Shown: piece after piece, positions 1-12,700 of the stretch | Numbering within the stretch: the stretch's first letter is position 1 | How the letters are laid out: every line of letters begins with the position of its first letter | NCBI GenBank assembly: GCA_964187785.1 | Contig: OZ076409.1 | Coordinates: forward strand, 4,528,001 to 4,592,000 | DNA from: Amphiscolops sp. MND2022 | Taxonomy: Eukaryota | DNA length: 64,000 nt | Direction of reading: 5' to 3' | Program-made: the position numbers and the translations under genes | The notes under the pieces: model-generated | The model's database searches: none | What the model was told of the DNA's origin: nothing | What the model saw: only the letters and a program-made list of their open reading frames with translations

Positions 1-557
1 ATTATGCGGATGATAATTCATACTTTGCTCTTCGCGAAATGGGGGTCTCAGATACACCAACGAATTGAACGAAGATCCTAACTATCCGGATACGAATGAA
101 TTAACAGCCGGAGTTGACTGTATAATCAACGTCAGCAGAAGGACTGGTGGTATTTCTCATGTACGAACTTTCTTATATGCCGGTGTAATAAGTTATACAA
201 TTGTTTTAGGTGGTTTTCATTTTTATACAATTCTAAATTCAAATGTGCTACTTTTTACGCCAGTTTTGATACGTTTTGGCTTCTTCGTGAATATTTATCA
301 ATAATTAAAGCTATTTGAATTATTACTAACTATTGTACTGAAATAAGTAATGACTTTACCGAATTAATTAGCCGAAATTTGTTTAGGTCGAAATTGCAGG
401 TTGAAATTGTGAACGGTTGAAAGGGCAACGGTTGGAATAGCAGTGGTTGCAATTGCATAGGACGAAATGACGTCATGTAACCACGCTGACTCACCCGATA
501 CTTTGTCAGTGACTGATACTTTTAACCTAATTTTAAAATCAAGTCTGTGTATTTCAG

Positions 558-721
558 GTCGTCTGATGGAGGGAGACCGTCTTTTGGAGGTGAACGGCAC
601 CACAGTGACTGGAATGAGTCAGAACGAGGTCGTCGCTTTCCTCAGAGCCATTCCCCAGTCTCACAGTGCCGACATTCTCGTCTCTAGACACGAGGTCGAG
701 GATGTGCCCAGAGAAATCACT
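558..721 (+). CDS. par-3: par-3 exon, C-terminal half of PDZ2
   Basis: TTTCAG acceptor; GRLMEGDRLLEVNGTTVTGMSQNEVVAFLR...DILVSR...PREIT; donor GTTAGT at 722. Confidence 0.9.
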
Positions 722-3700
722 GTTAGTAATTAACTCATCACACCTAGAACCTTGATCATTATTGAGATATGAATCCATCCACCAATAAAGGACTGCTAAG
801 TTTACAACTGTTAAGAACAACTATTAAGTTTAAGACTAATATTTTTTACTCAAACAGCTTGAAAGAGAAGTTGATACACCCGATTACAGTTTTTAAAAAT
901 GTTGGAGGGACTATCAATTTAGATATTGTTTTTCTATCCAATTTCAACCTCAATATTTTTCATTTTTTGTATTTGTACACTACTTTTTTTACTGAGTCTA
1001 TCATGGTTTTAGTAACAAAGGTCAATACAGCGTTTTTTTTCAAGGACAAGTATGATCTTTAGGTATGCAAGACTCTCTTCGTGTTGTCAGTGAATAATAG
1101 TTCATACAGTAAACCCTCGATTATCCGCCACCTTTGGTCAACCGCCACAAATCTACGGGGACATTTTGCTATAACACCCGTGTCTAAGCTACCTTGATTA
1201 ACCGCTACTCTCACTTATCCGCCATAATTCGCGCTGGACCGATGGTGGCGGATAATCGAGGGTTTACTGTATATAGTTCTGGGGATGAAAAATCTACCAA
1301 ACTTAAGAATGCGTGACCCGCTAGTCACTTTGGAAAAACGAAAATGTGCCCAAGCTCCGAATTTTTGTGTGACTTCACTGAAAGTCAATAGTGCTGTTTT
1401 GATTTTATTATGCAATATTTTTTGCAACGGAAATTCTGTAGTTGGATAGTAACGGAATCTAGACTACTAATATTGTGCAACGTCATACATCCACTCATGA
1501 GGTGTTTCGATGCAAAGTCGCTTTTCAGGCTGACTTCAGACATGATCATAGCTCGAAATTCTATTATAGTCTATTATAGCAATGCTATATTAAACGCTGT
1601 TTTTTTCTTTTTTTTCTTAATTAAAAGGACCGCGCATTTTGAAATTACTATTAAACGCTATGTTATTAAAAGCGGCAGCAACTATCATAGCGGCTATAAA
1701 ATGAACATATACGGAATTTCTATAATAGAATACTACAATTGCCGCTATTATTGACCAATTGCCGCTATTATTGTTGCGTACCTCTCGATGAATAGAAAAA
1801 ATGAGAATTTTGTCTCAAAATTTGAAAACTAGACTCATCGTTGAATGTTATAATAATTAGTTAATGGTCTTCAATGTTTCGTTATTTTTTTCGAAAAAAA
1901 ATTCAACTGTTTTGTCCTTAGCTGACTAACCTAGATGGGCGCAAGGATTGAAGCTATAATGATGCTATTGACAAAATTGGATCTATAATAGAATTCTATT
2001 TATTTTTAATTAATAGCAAAACCTATAATAAATTCTATAATCAATGATTATAGGGTCGTCTCTGGGCTGACTTTGTCTCGCTACCGCTGTAACACCTCCG
2101 GATATAACTTTCTTGTAACTTCGTGAACACTCTTCTAGATTGTCAATAAAATCTTTGTATTTCCAAGAATTCAGTATTTGGTTCTGGACTTTTCATCTAT
2201 ATCACCGCGTCGGTCTCGGAATTCTTTGAAAAAGTTAAGCTTGGTCGATGTACAGATGAAGTTTTTAAAAACAAATCTTGACAATTGACCAGTTCCATTT
2301 GTGCAATAAGTTTACTTTTGTTTAAATCCAGCAAATTAACCTCATCGCGTTAGAACAAGCCGGAACCGGTTCAAGTCGGCGCCATATCTAAGGCTCAAAA
2401 ATAGCAAAAGGACTTCAAAATCTCAAAGTATTGGTGAATTTGGTAACCTTTTATGAAAAAAAAATTGAAAAGTCTTACAATGCCGAAAAAAACTGAAAGA
2501 GAGGACCCTTTGGGATTTCTCAACATCCATTCTGTTGCACAACTCCAAAAAAATTGAAGGGGGACCCTTTGCTGGAAATTTTTTTGAAAAGTCGCATAGT
2601 GCCGAAAAAAATCTAAAGGGGGCCCTTTGGTCTCGTCCGGTATTGTATGTTACGCGGGAAACTTTTTTGGTTCAGTTCCTTGGGCCAGCAGGTACAATTT
2701 GGCGTTTTCTCAAAATTTTGTAGAACTTTTGCTAGAACGAAAAGCCATGACTATAGTCGACTCTTTTCCTAAGAAAACGCCAACTAAAAAACTTGCTTTT
2801 CATTGTCACAGTCGCACATCGGCGCATATACAACAAGTACGTTCAACATTCTGTAAAAAAAAACGTGTTCTTCCCGCCGCTCAGAATGGTTCGGGGAGTG
2901 CCGAACTGCAGATCACATTTCCCGAAGATGATCATCGGCTGCAAGTGACGAATGATTACGTCGTCGCCAAGGTTTGTTCGGAAAGACTCGGCTGTGTGTC
3001 CAGAAAAGATGTTATTCCGTCTTCTCCTTGGTTGAACTGATGACACTCTTGCTTGAAAACATCCTTCGCATATTTGATTGACACCCATTGATGATTTATG
3101 CAAATTGAAAGTCTGATCTCATCATTATTTTCCGCCCATTTTCAAAGCATTTCCCAAAGGACGGTTAACCCCTCAAGAAGCGGTATCGTTTTTGTCACAC
3201 TCTAATTTTATACTCCAAACATTGTTTTTTTTCTACAGAATTCAACGATGAAAAATAGGCTCGTTGTTTGTAATCTTGGAAACAAAAAATTGATTCGAAA
3301 ATTAGATTTTTCAGAGAAGTATCTAAAATCAGAAAGTGCCAGAATGATATCTTTACTTTTTGATCAATTTTTTGTCCTTCATAGCATTTATTTCGAAAAA
3401 AGTTGCCATAGTCTAGAAATCAAGAAGTAGTAAAACGATGTTGTTCACTTTTCAAGTTTTGCGCAGTTTTTGAACGATTTGAATGTTTATCGTCTGAAGA
3501 GTTCAGGGCGGAAAATATCCCTATGCTCAGCGGGTGTCTTGCGGATTGTTCGTTTCAAAATCCTTTAACGTTTTATTGTGCTTGACCCAAGTTAATGTTT
3601 GGGAAAGGGTTTTTGTTTATGTTGATATACTCCAGATGAATTGAAATCATGAACTACAATTTCTGTTGAAAGCCCGTTTAGACAAAGTGCGGTTCCGTAG

Positions 3701-6700
3701 CAACCCTTTTATAAAGAGCTTTTGGGGGTTTCATGCCTTGGAAACCAGTTTCTGAACAAGAAGTTGGTTTTCTGTAAAAAGAAACACGTTTCGACCGGAA
3801 GCGCAATAATGACTCAACGAGCCTGTTCGGTGGTGGTGTGAAAATTACATTTCAGCCGGCGTCTGGTACCTTTCGGGTTTGAACTTCTGAACTGCTGGTT
3901 ACGTAATAAACTAAAAGCAGTAATCTTATTAGAAACAAATCAAATCAAACTCTGCTCAAACTTGCGTCTACGCTTCCATTAAACGAGCGTATATATGCCG
4001 TTTTTGGTATTCTTTTCTGTTGATATATTTTTTTATTTTTCCATTTTTTCTGAGATCTGATTTCAAAAATTCATCGGATGAATTTCATGAATACTGTAGC
4101 TGTGATTGTTAATTCCTCGCGCCCTGTATTGCAATTCAAGTTTGAAACGAATTTCCGAAATGAATTTTAGGAGAGCCAAATTGCTGATGGTGTGAGCTCT
4201 CTTCCTCGTATAATGACCATGGTAGGTTCAGCTCAGTACAGAATTACCACGTCACAATAACAACTTCTACATTGATAAGATACATTTCTTCTAGAATTTT
4301 GACATCGCTATTTTTTGCTAATCGCTAACCCCTAATTTCAAAGTTGCTATTTCGCTGAAAAACTTTTCCTTGAATCTAGTAAATGACCTCAAGTATGATT
4401 TAAAATTAAGTGATGACTTAAATCAGACTTGAGAATTTTTCATACTGCGTGGGTTTGTTTTACAAGGGTTAGAATGAAAACTTTCGAGATTCATTTCGAA
4501 TTTCCGCGTATTTTCCGAAGAAATTTTGAATTTGGACAATATCTAATTACCGGTGTCAAAACTCTGATGTCTTCATAATAATCACGAGCTTCGTGTCTGA
4601 AACTTGACTTAACATCATAAACATTAGATGTGCTTTCATTCCCAACTGTAGTCATAAACTTGGGAGTCCTAAAGTTTGTTACTAATAATGAATACGTTAA
4701 ACAGAGCATTTACAGTGACGTAATATGTTATATATTATTTTTTCCTACTTTAGCCCTACTTTTTTAAGTAATGACGAGATTTGTATAGATTCTATTTGAA
4801 CAAAAAATGCAAAGCAGGTGAAGCTGGAAAACACGCGATGCTTCCGAAATTTCGGCAACAAATTCGTGTGATTTCACTTTTCGCCATCTAGTGTTTCACT
4901 GAGATCAAAATTGAGTTTTTTTAATCAATTTGAAAATCAATATTACTGACCGATGAAATAACTTCCCGATATTAAAACTTAATTATTATTAAATATTATT
5001 ACTTAAATAATAAAAATTCCCGATATCCGAACTAGTAACAATAATCCCGAGCTATTTTGGATCTCGCGATGTCAAAGACAAGTAAAAAAAAACATGCTAA
5101 TAGACTTTGAGAACACTGTATGGATAGGTGTGTTGTTTTCTAGCGTTCTAACGTAATACCGCTACAGTGCCTTTGTTGTATTTCTAAGCTAAGTTAGGAT
5201 AAGACAAGGTTATAAAAGATAAACTGTATTTTGTATCTCTGTATCGTACCAAATCTATACGGTTAAATATAAACAACTTGTTTGGTTGATTAAGTCTTTG
5301 TACCGAAACATTCGGGATTACAGCCGTATCATGTCTTTTTCTCCGTATATAGCCGAGATTCTATTATAGTTCATTCTATAACTTTGGGATCTTAAGACGA
5401 CAGGCCTCCAGCCGACCCTAATGCATACATAGCCCTCGAATTTTCAACTGAAAATATATATTTCATCTATATTACCGTATTTCTTCGAATAGAAGTCGCC
5501 CCTGATTAGAAGCCTCATTAAGCCTGAAAATTTTTGTCCTAAAGTCATAGCTTACCATATTTCTTCGAATATAAGCCGCAAAATCACTACGGAAAAACTT
5601 ACAAGCCGCGGCCTGTATTAGAAGAAAACGGTATATCTGTCGCTTTTTTTGAGAATAATAGAGCGGTCACCCTTTATTCATTCGGCTTCAGTATAAGCGC
5701 TCAATTTTGTTCATATTTTACCCAAACCGGCAGCATAACGCCATAGGACTCGATCGAAATTGAGAAAAAAAACAGTCCAAAGGTGAAAAACCCAGGAATG
5801 CCAGCTGACTGGACACATAGGGGTCCTTCGTTCTAATCAAGCAACAAGGCAACCCGTGGTTTCTTCACCATTTTCCAAGAAGAGATGATCAGAAAAAAAT
5901 TGTCATATTTATTATTTTCCGCCCACATATAATGGGGGAGGAAAATCATAATCTGTCTTGCGTTTTTTCTCCAAATTCTGCCAAAACTCCACTTTATCTC
6001 CACTCCACTCCATTTAGTAAATTCTAGGCACCATGGCGCAGTTGGTAGTGCGTCTGCCTGGCAGACACGAGGTCGTGGGTTCGAACCCGTGTTGATGCGT
6101 TACATTTTAGCGGTGCTACTTTATGACACCTGCTTTGGCACTTTTAGAGCGAATGCAACGACAGCGAAGCACACTTGCGCCTCAAAGGCGGCTTTTCATC
6201 GGCCAACAACAACCACGATGACAGCAGCTTCGCAAGTATGAGTCACTCGGACGAACAAGAGAATGAGAAGCGCACTGTTCTGAATTACGTCATACCCCTG
6301 AACGACACGGGGTCAGCGGGTCTCGGCATCAGTGTCAAAGGTCGCACTCAGAGGGACCTCGGGTCAGGCACGTCTCAGGACACTGGGGTCTTCATCAAAG
6401 CTATTCTGAATGGGGGAGCCGCGTGGAAGGTATAGAAAGAAGAAATATTTTTTTATATCTTATAATCTATACATCGATACTAGGAAAACTCTTAGGGGAA
6501 ATATGCTGAAAGTCTGAAAAACCTCAGTGTGGAGAAATGCCCAACGGAATACTTTTATTGAGCACAAAAATACCTGACTTTTTCGTGACTGAAAAGCCAA
6601 TGGGGAACCCTTTGGTTTCATATAGTTTTGTAATTTTAGTAAAATGTAAAATTAAAGGGAGATCATTAAGTTTTTTGAAAACGTGCCATAGGCAAAAATA

Positions 6701-9700
6701 GCGTGAACGAAGTTTGTATCTGAATTTTAAACTGTCATCCTGAGAAAGAAACGTAGCCTACAGAACCGGATGAGTGTAAAGGGTCCCCCCTTTCGTTTTT
6801 TCGGCACTGTGCGACTTTCTCGAATTTTTTTTGTCTCCATATTTTTCGAGCCTTAGATATAGCGCCAACTTGTTGCATTTTAGGATGGCCGACTACTGGT
6901 GAACGACCAACTGCTCAGTGTCAATGAACAGTCTCTGGTCGGCATGGACAACAAAGATGCCATCGAGGTGCTCAAAAACTCCCTCATCCACCACGGAAAG
7001 ACGGGACAAGCTAATGTGAGTTGTTGAGTCACTAACTGATCCCCTCATCAATTAACTATTAACCGTGTCTTGTATGTAACGGGTAAATTTGAAAAGACGG
7101 GAACGACCCAATTTGGCGCCCCGCTCAAGGTTAAAAAAACTATGTTTTTTTTTCGTTTGCAAAGAGGAAACCTATTGTGAAAATTTTATCAAATTTACAA
7201 TGCCGAAAAATACCCGAAAGGGTCCCCATAAAACTCGAAAACCACTTTTTCCCTGCCTCAAAACAGCAAAACCGCAATTTTGAAAAAAAAACTTTGATTA
7301 GTGAATTGCGGCCTATGTTCAAGGACGGCTATTCAAAGAAATATACACCGTTTTTTTCAGAGTCTGCCTTATCATGCATGTTTGAGCGATGCACCAAAAT
7401 TGTCGTTATTATTTTAGTTTCGGGTCACGATATCTCGCCTGGATTCAATTTCTCAGCAGCTGCGTCACGAAGGCTCACAGTTCGGAGAAAGTTCCGACAC
7501 CTCTGTCAAGTTAATCACCTATCCTAATAACAGGTCAGAATCATTCCACTTTTCATACCCATTCTTTTTTCAACTTTTTAGTCCGCTTTTTCGAAAAGGT
7601 ACACGACTCTTTAAGTGGCAAGTTTTTTTGTTTTTTTTTTCAGTCATACTGAAGTGTCCATTTTTATTATTTTTGCGATAGCAGGAATATTTTAAAATCT
7701 GAATTATTGAACTTTTTCTAGTTGATTTTTGTCACCAGTACGAGTGCCTACTGAAAAATTCAGATATTTTGTTCGGCAGTGAGTATAAACGTGATTCAAG
7801 TTTTTCAAGCTGCCGACAACAATTAGTTTATTCAATTCTCGTGTTTATGAAATCGAGCGAGTGTTCTTTCGTACGCCGAAATCATTGAGATGAAGTGAAA
7901 GAGTGTTAACGAAGTAATCGTTCGCCTAGAGCTTCGTCTGCATTCAAATGCGAATGTGAGACATCGTATACGCTCAGTAGTTCTATTATCTTTAGTCCGA
8001 GAAGAATTGAAGGCGGTGTAAAAATTGTGCCTTCTATAAATGATCAAGATATGCTTCAATTATTGAACATGAAAGCCAAAAAGTACATATAATATTGTGC
8101 CCCGCAGCGGCCTATATTTTCAGAAACTGTTCGTGCAATTTTTATAAAATTTAGCACAGTCATTCTACACCCAAAGGTGCTACTGCCTGCGTAATGACAT
8201 CAAAATCGTATGACTGGAACCTGAGAAACATAGCCAAATGTAGCCCAAATATGACCAAATGACAATAAAGTTGGTAATGTTTTTAATATTTCTGCTTTAG
8301 CAGGAATATTATTGTAACCTCAAACTTCCTACTTTTTTTCAGAACAATTTTTGTCGTGATACTGAATAATTCAGATATTTTGTTCGGCAGTGACTGTAAG
8401 CGTGGGAAACAATTTTCTCAAGCTGCCGACAACAATTCAATTCTAGTGCGATGGAACGAGCGAGTGGTAATTATCCATTCGTATGCTGACGTCATTGAGA
8501 TGAAGCGAGCGAATATTCGTAATTGTGCTTTCGTTGCCCCGAGTTATTGAAATGAAGCGAATGAGTGTTAATTATTCGTTCGTTGAGAGCTTCGCCTGCA
8601 TTCAAAAGCGAATGCGAAACCTTGTCTACGCTTAGTAGTTATATTTTCTTTAGTCCGAGAAGAATTAAAGGCGGTGTAAACTTGTACAGTGATTACATGT
8701 AATTGTGCGCTAAATAATGATTAAACAAGAGTGTATTGGTATTCCAGATATGATTCTTTTATTGATGAATTTTTTTGTTTCAAAAAAAAATAAAGATTAA
8801 AGCAGAAATAGTACTGAGCCCCGGAGGGGCCTATTTTTCAATATTTTAATCCGTTTCCGACTCTTTTACCGCACATTCGGGTCTGATTCAACATAAACCT
8901 TGCTCCAAAGACATCGGTCTCGGTCTTCAAGGGTACACGTATCCGCATTTTGACCTGAATTCCGGAATATTACTCACTTAGATGTTAACCAGAATCTAAT
9001 TCTAAGAAGTTAATTAAAAGAATGGTGGTACCAACGATACGATAATAAACACCTCCCAGTTTGATCCACTTTCTTTCCAGTGATGATAATTTTCGAATAA
9101 ATTACACCACCTAAACTCCGTTCTAAGCTACTCTGCATTTGACGAAGCAGAATAATTTTTTCTCCAACATTTCACTTTTTTTGGTTTTTCTCAGGTTTTC
9201 TGTTAAGTAAAACCGTTTTCAGAGCTTTAGGGGCGACATCTTTGGTTGTTTTTAAGTCATGTGGGACTGGTGGGAGTTTTCTCAATACATGTGGAAAAGA
9301 CATACGTTTTTTCGGCACTGCGCGACTTTTTTCGGAAAGGTTTTGTGATTAAAATTTTCACATTAATCGTTTTAATCGTAGGCGGCTAGTTTGCAAATGA
9401 ATACTAACGTTTCGATCCTTTTTAGTCTGCGTTTTCGAAGAAAAACCCGACTGTTACAGTGGCTAGTTTTTTTCGTCAGTTCAACGCGATCGGTCCACTT
9501 TTTGTGCATTATGCACTTTTACCATATGTACTTAGTACTTCATTTTCAACGCATCCAAAGCCTCTTACATGAGATAAAAAGCCATTCCAAAGCAGAAGGG
9601 TCCCCCTTTCCACTTTTTCGGACACTATGAGACTTTCCCCCTTTTTTCGGCACTGTTAGACTGTTAATTTTTCATTTTTTTCCGAAATTGATCCTCCAAA

Positions 9701-12700
9701 TTGTTGCTCCAAGGGGTCCCCATCAATTTTTTTGATATTTTGCAACAGAATGGGTGTTCAAAGAATCCCAAATGGTCGCCCCTTTTTGCACTTGACGAAG
9801 TCAATGTGCATTGCAGTCCAGCTAAGTGGGTTTTTTCCACTATAGTCAACTTCATAATGAGCGCCTTTTAGAAAAAAGCCAAAACCCCAGAGAGATTCGA
9901 ACCTGCAGCCTCCCGATTGCACGGCATAAGTGTTGACCACTGTGCCATAGGGAGGTTATTGAACAAAGTTGAACTGTTGAATATATACGCATGCGATTAA
10001 AATAATATATATACGCATATTAAAATAATCGATGTCTTCGTCATGTGTTGCGAAGCACCGCTTCGCCTCTGTGTACCTTTTTCGGCACTATGCGACTTAC
10101 CGGAGACTTCAAAAAATCCTCAATTTTTAGTTTTTTGAGAGCTTTTGTTGTCTCCAGTTGTAGAAAGAGTGGTTTTCGAGTCTTATTGAGCCTTAGATAT
10201 GGCGCCCACTTGGGCCGTTCCCGGCTTGTTCGACTTGAAATGTCCATTTTTCAGTCAAAGTCTCCCGAGGTCAGCGAATGACCCTGGGGGTCGACAACAC
10301 TGGCGGTCAACAGAAGAAGGACATGGAAATTCCATGGAAAGGCGGTCTCCCAGGCCAAGGTCACGACCTGACCTCCCCCACTCCTCGGACATGCCAGATG
10401 GCACTGCTTTTTCCAGGGAGGACATCCATCGAAGGTCCAGACTTTTGACATCGCTAATTTTTTTGCTAATCGCTAAACCGCTTATTTCAAAATCTCTGTT
10501 TCGCTGAAAAACTTTCTTCAAACTATAAATTGTTTGACTTCAAGTATGTTTTAAAATTAAATGACAACTTAATTCAGATTTTATAAGGAAAAAGATTAAG
10601 AATTTCTCGTACTGTGTAGGTTTTACAAGGGTTAAAATAAAAAATTTTGGAGATTCATTTCGAAACTGCGCCTATTTTCCGAAGAAATTTTGAATTTGGA
10701 CAATCTATCAGTTGCCGCTAATTTGAATCGCTGATTAACGGTGTCAAAACTGCAAAGGTCCCTCTCTGAGAAGCGCACTGGGGGAAGGGTGAGGGATGCG
10801 AATGAACTGGCATTTTACAGGGAGAAGATAAAGCCAATGAAAGATGCCGGTGAGTGAAAATAATAATTACTGTATTTCGTCTAATAGAAGCCGCCCATGA
10901 ATACAGGCCGCCCCGTTTAGACGCCGCATTACGGCTGAAAGTTTTATCCTAAAAGTCATAGTTTACCGTCTTTCTTCGAATATAGGCCGCGAAATCAATA
11001 CGGAAAAAAATGTACAAGCCGGGGCCTGTATTTGAAGAAATACGGTATCATTTTTGAAAGTCATTGCTATTCGATGAAAAAAATGTTGGTGAATACATAT
11101 CATTTATATTCACCAGTTAACGGAATTGACTTCCAAAGAGAAATATGCCCGCTTAACGGAAGCCTGTGATATGTAATTGATGAAAATAAGAATTTTTACT
11201 TTTTTGAGGTGTCAAAACTTTGATCAAGGTAGATACTCTCACTTTTGACCTATGTACAATGAGCCTTTGCCTTTTCTAGAATGAATTTAATTTATTAAGA
11301 AAACTGCTTAAATAACTTAGTTCAAAAGTTAATTAATAAACTAAATTTAACCATGCAGCTCTGGGTGACGCAGAACCATCGTCCATGCGTCGCGCAGGGT
11401 CTTGTGACCAGATTCTTGACGCCGTAAGTAGTCGCGGTGGCCCCTTCGCGGTGGGGGCGACAACAGGCGACGATTCCTATTGGCTGCCGAAGCGCAAACG
11501 AGACGCCATGGTTCTGCCCGAGTCGGCGGCCGACACGTTGCTGCTGTTCAATAATACTAGTAGTCGTCATAATATCAGTAGTAATAATAGTAGAAACAAC
11601 AACACCCTCGGCTACAGCAGCCGGGCACGTAGTAGACGGGGGGCAGTATTTGATGACGTCATTCCGTGGGCACCCATCACTCCTGCGGGGGGTACCAGGA
11701 GAAACCAGCATCAACCGCAACCGGGATACTACAGTATGTAGAGCAACGATACGATATTAAACACCTCCCACTTCGATCCACTTTCATTCCAGTGATGATC
11801 ATTTTTCGAATGAATTACAACACCTAAATAAACTCCCTTCTAAGCTACTCTGCATTTGACGATGGGAAGTAAACTTTTGCGAACATTTCGCAATTTTTGT
11901 TTTTTTTTTGAGGTTTTCTGCTAAGAAAAACCGTTTTGCGAGTTTCAACAGTGACCTCTTTGGTAATTCGTTGGTCCTGTGGGAGTGATGAGCGTTTTCT
12001 CAATAATTGTGCAAAATACCTACGGTTTTTTGGGCGCTGTGTGACTTTTTCTGAAATTATTTTATTTGGTCAAAGGGTACCCACATCTTTTTTGAAGATA
12101 TTTCGGCTTGAAAAAAAAAGGTTTTGCAAACTTGAAGGGTCTTTTTTTGATTTTTTGGCACAATGAGACTTTTTAGAAAGAGAAAACTTCAATTTTTTAA
12201 AAAAAATTACAGGGTTTCTTTTATCAGTTGTCCTATTAACGTAGAAAGTTTGTCTTGCATAAAATCGGAGGAGTGAAAACGTTTCTTATATCCAAATGTT
12301 TCTTTTATCCGTGTTTCTTTTATCCGACTTCGACTGTATAAAGAAAAACGAAATTTTTTAAATCGAACTATGGAGTCACTACCTGAGCTCTGATTTTAGT
12401 ATTTTGTTTTTTTTTTCATTTGAAAAGCTCCTACCTCAGAAAGAGTACCGGACTTCACGAAATGTACCGGACTTGATTTTGTTAGGAAAGGTTTCTGGAA
12501 ATATCAGATGTACGCAGTATTCACTTCTAATTTGTAGAAGACTTAATACTCGTACCTTTGGAATTTTGAGGAATTGAAAATACAGGAGCCGGGTAATAAT
12601 TTGATGAGAAAGACATGGTTGATTAAAACTCCCATTTCTACACTTAGTCAAGATCTAAAACAAGAAAAATTAACAGAATTTACAGGCAAACAGAATTTTT

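Noticed and set aside
2843..3103. GC-richer stretch with ORFs on both strands in par-3 intron
   Set aside because: No recognisable homology or convincing splice-site pair; exons 721 and 6148 already join in frame.
6027..6098. Functional tRNA gene
   Set aside because: The stems do not pair, the two copies disagree at the anticodon, and both sit inside a repeat.
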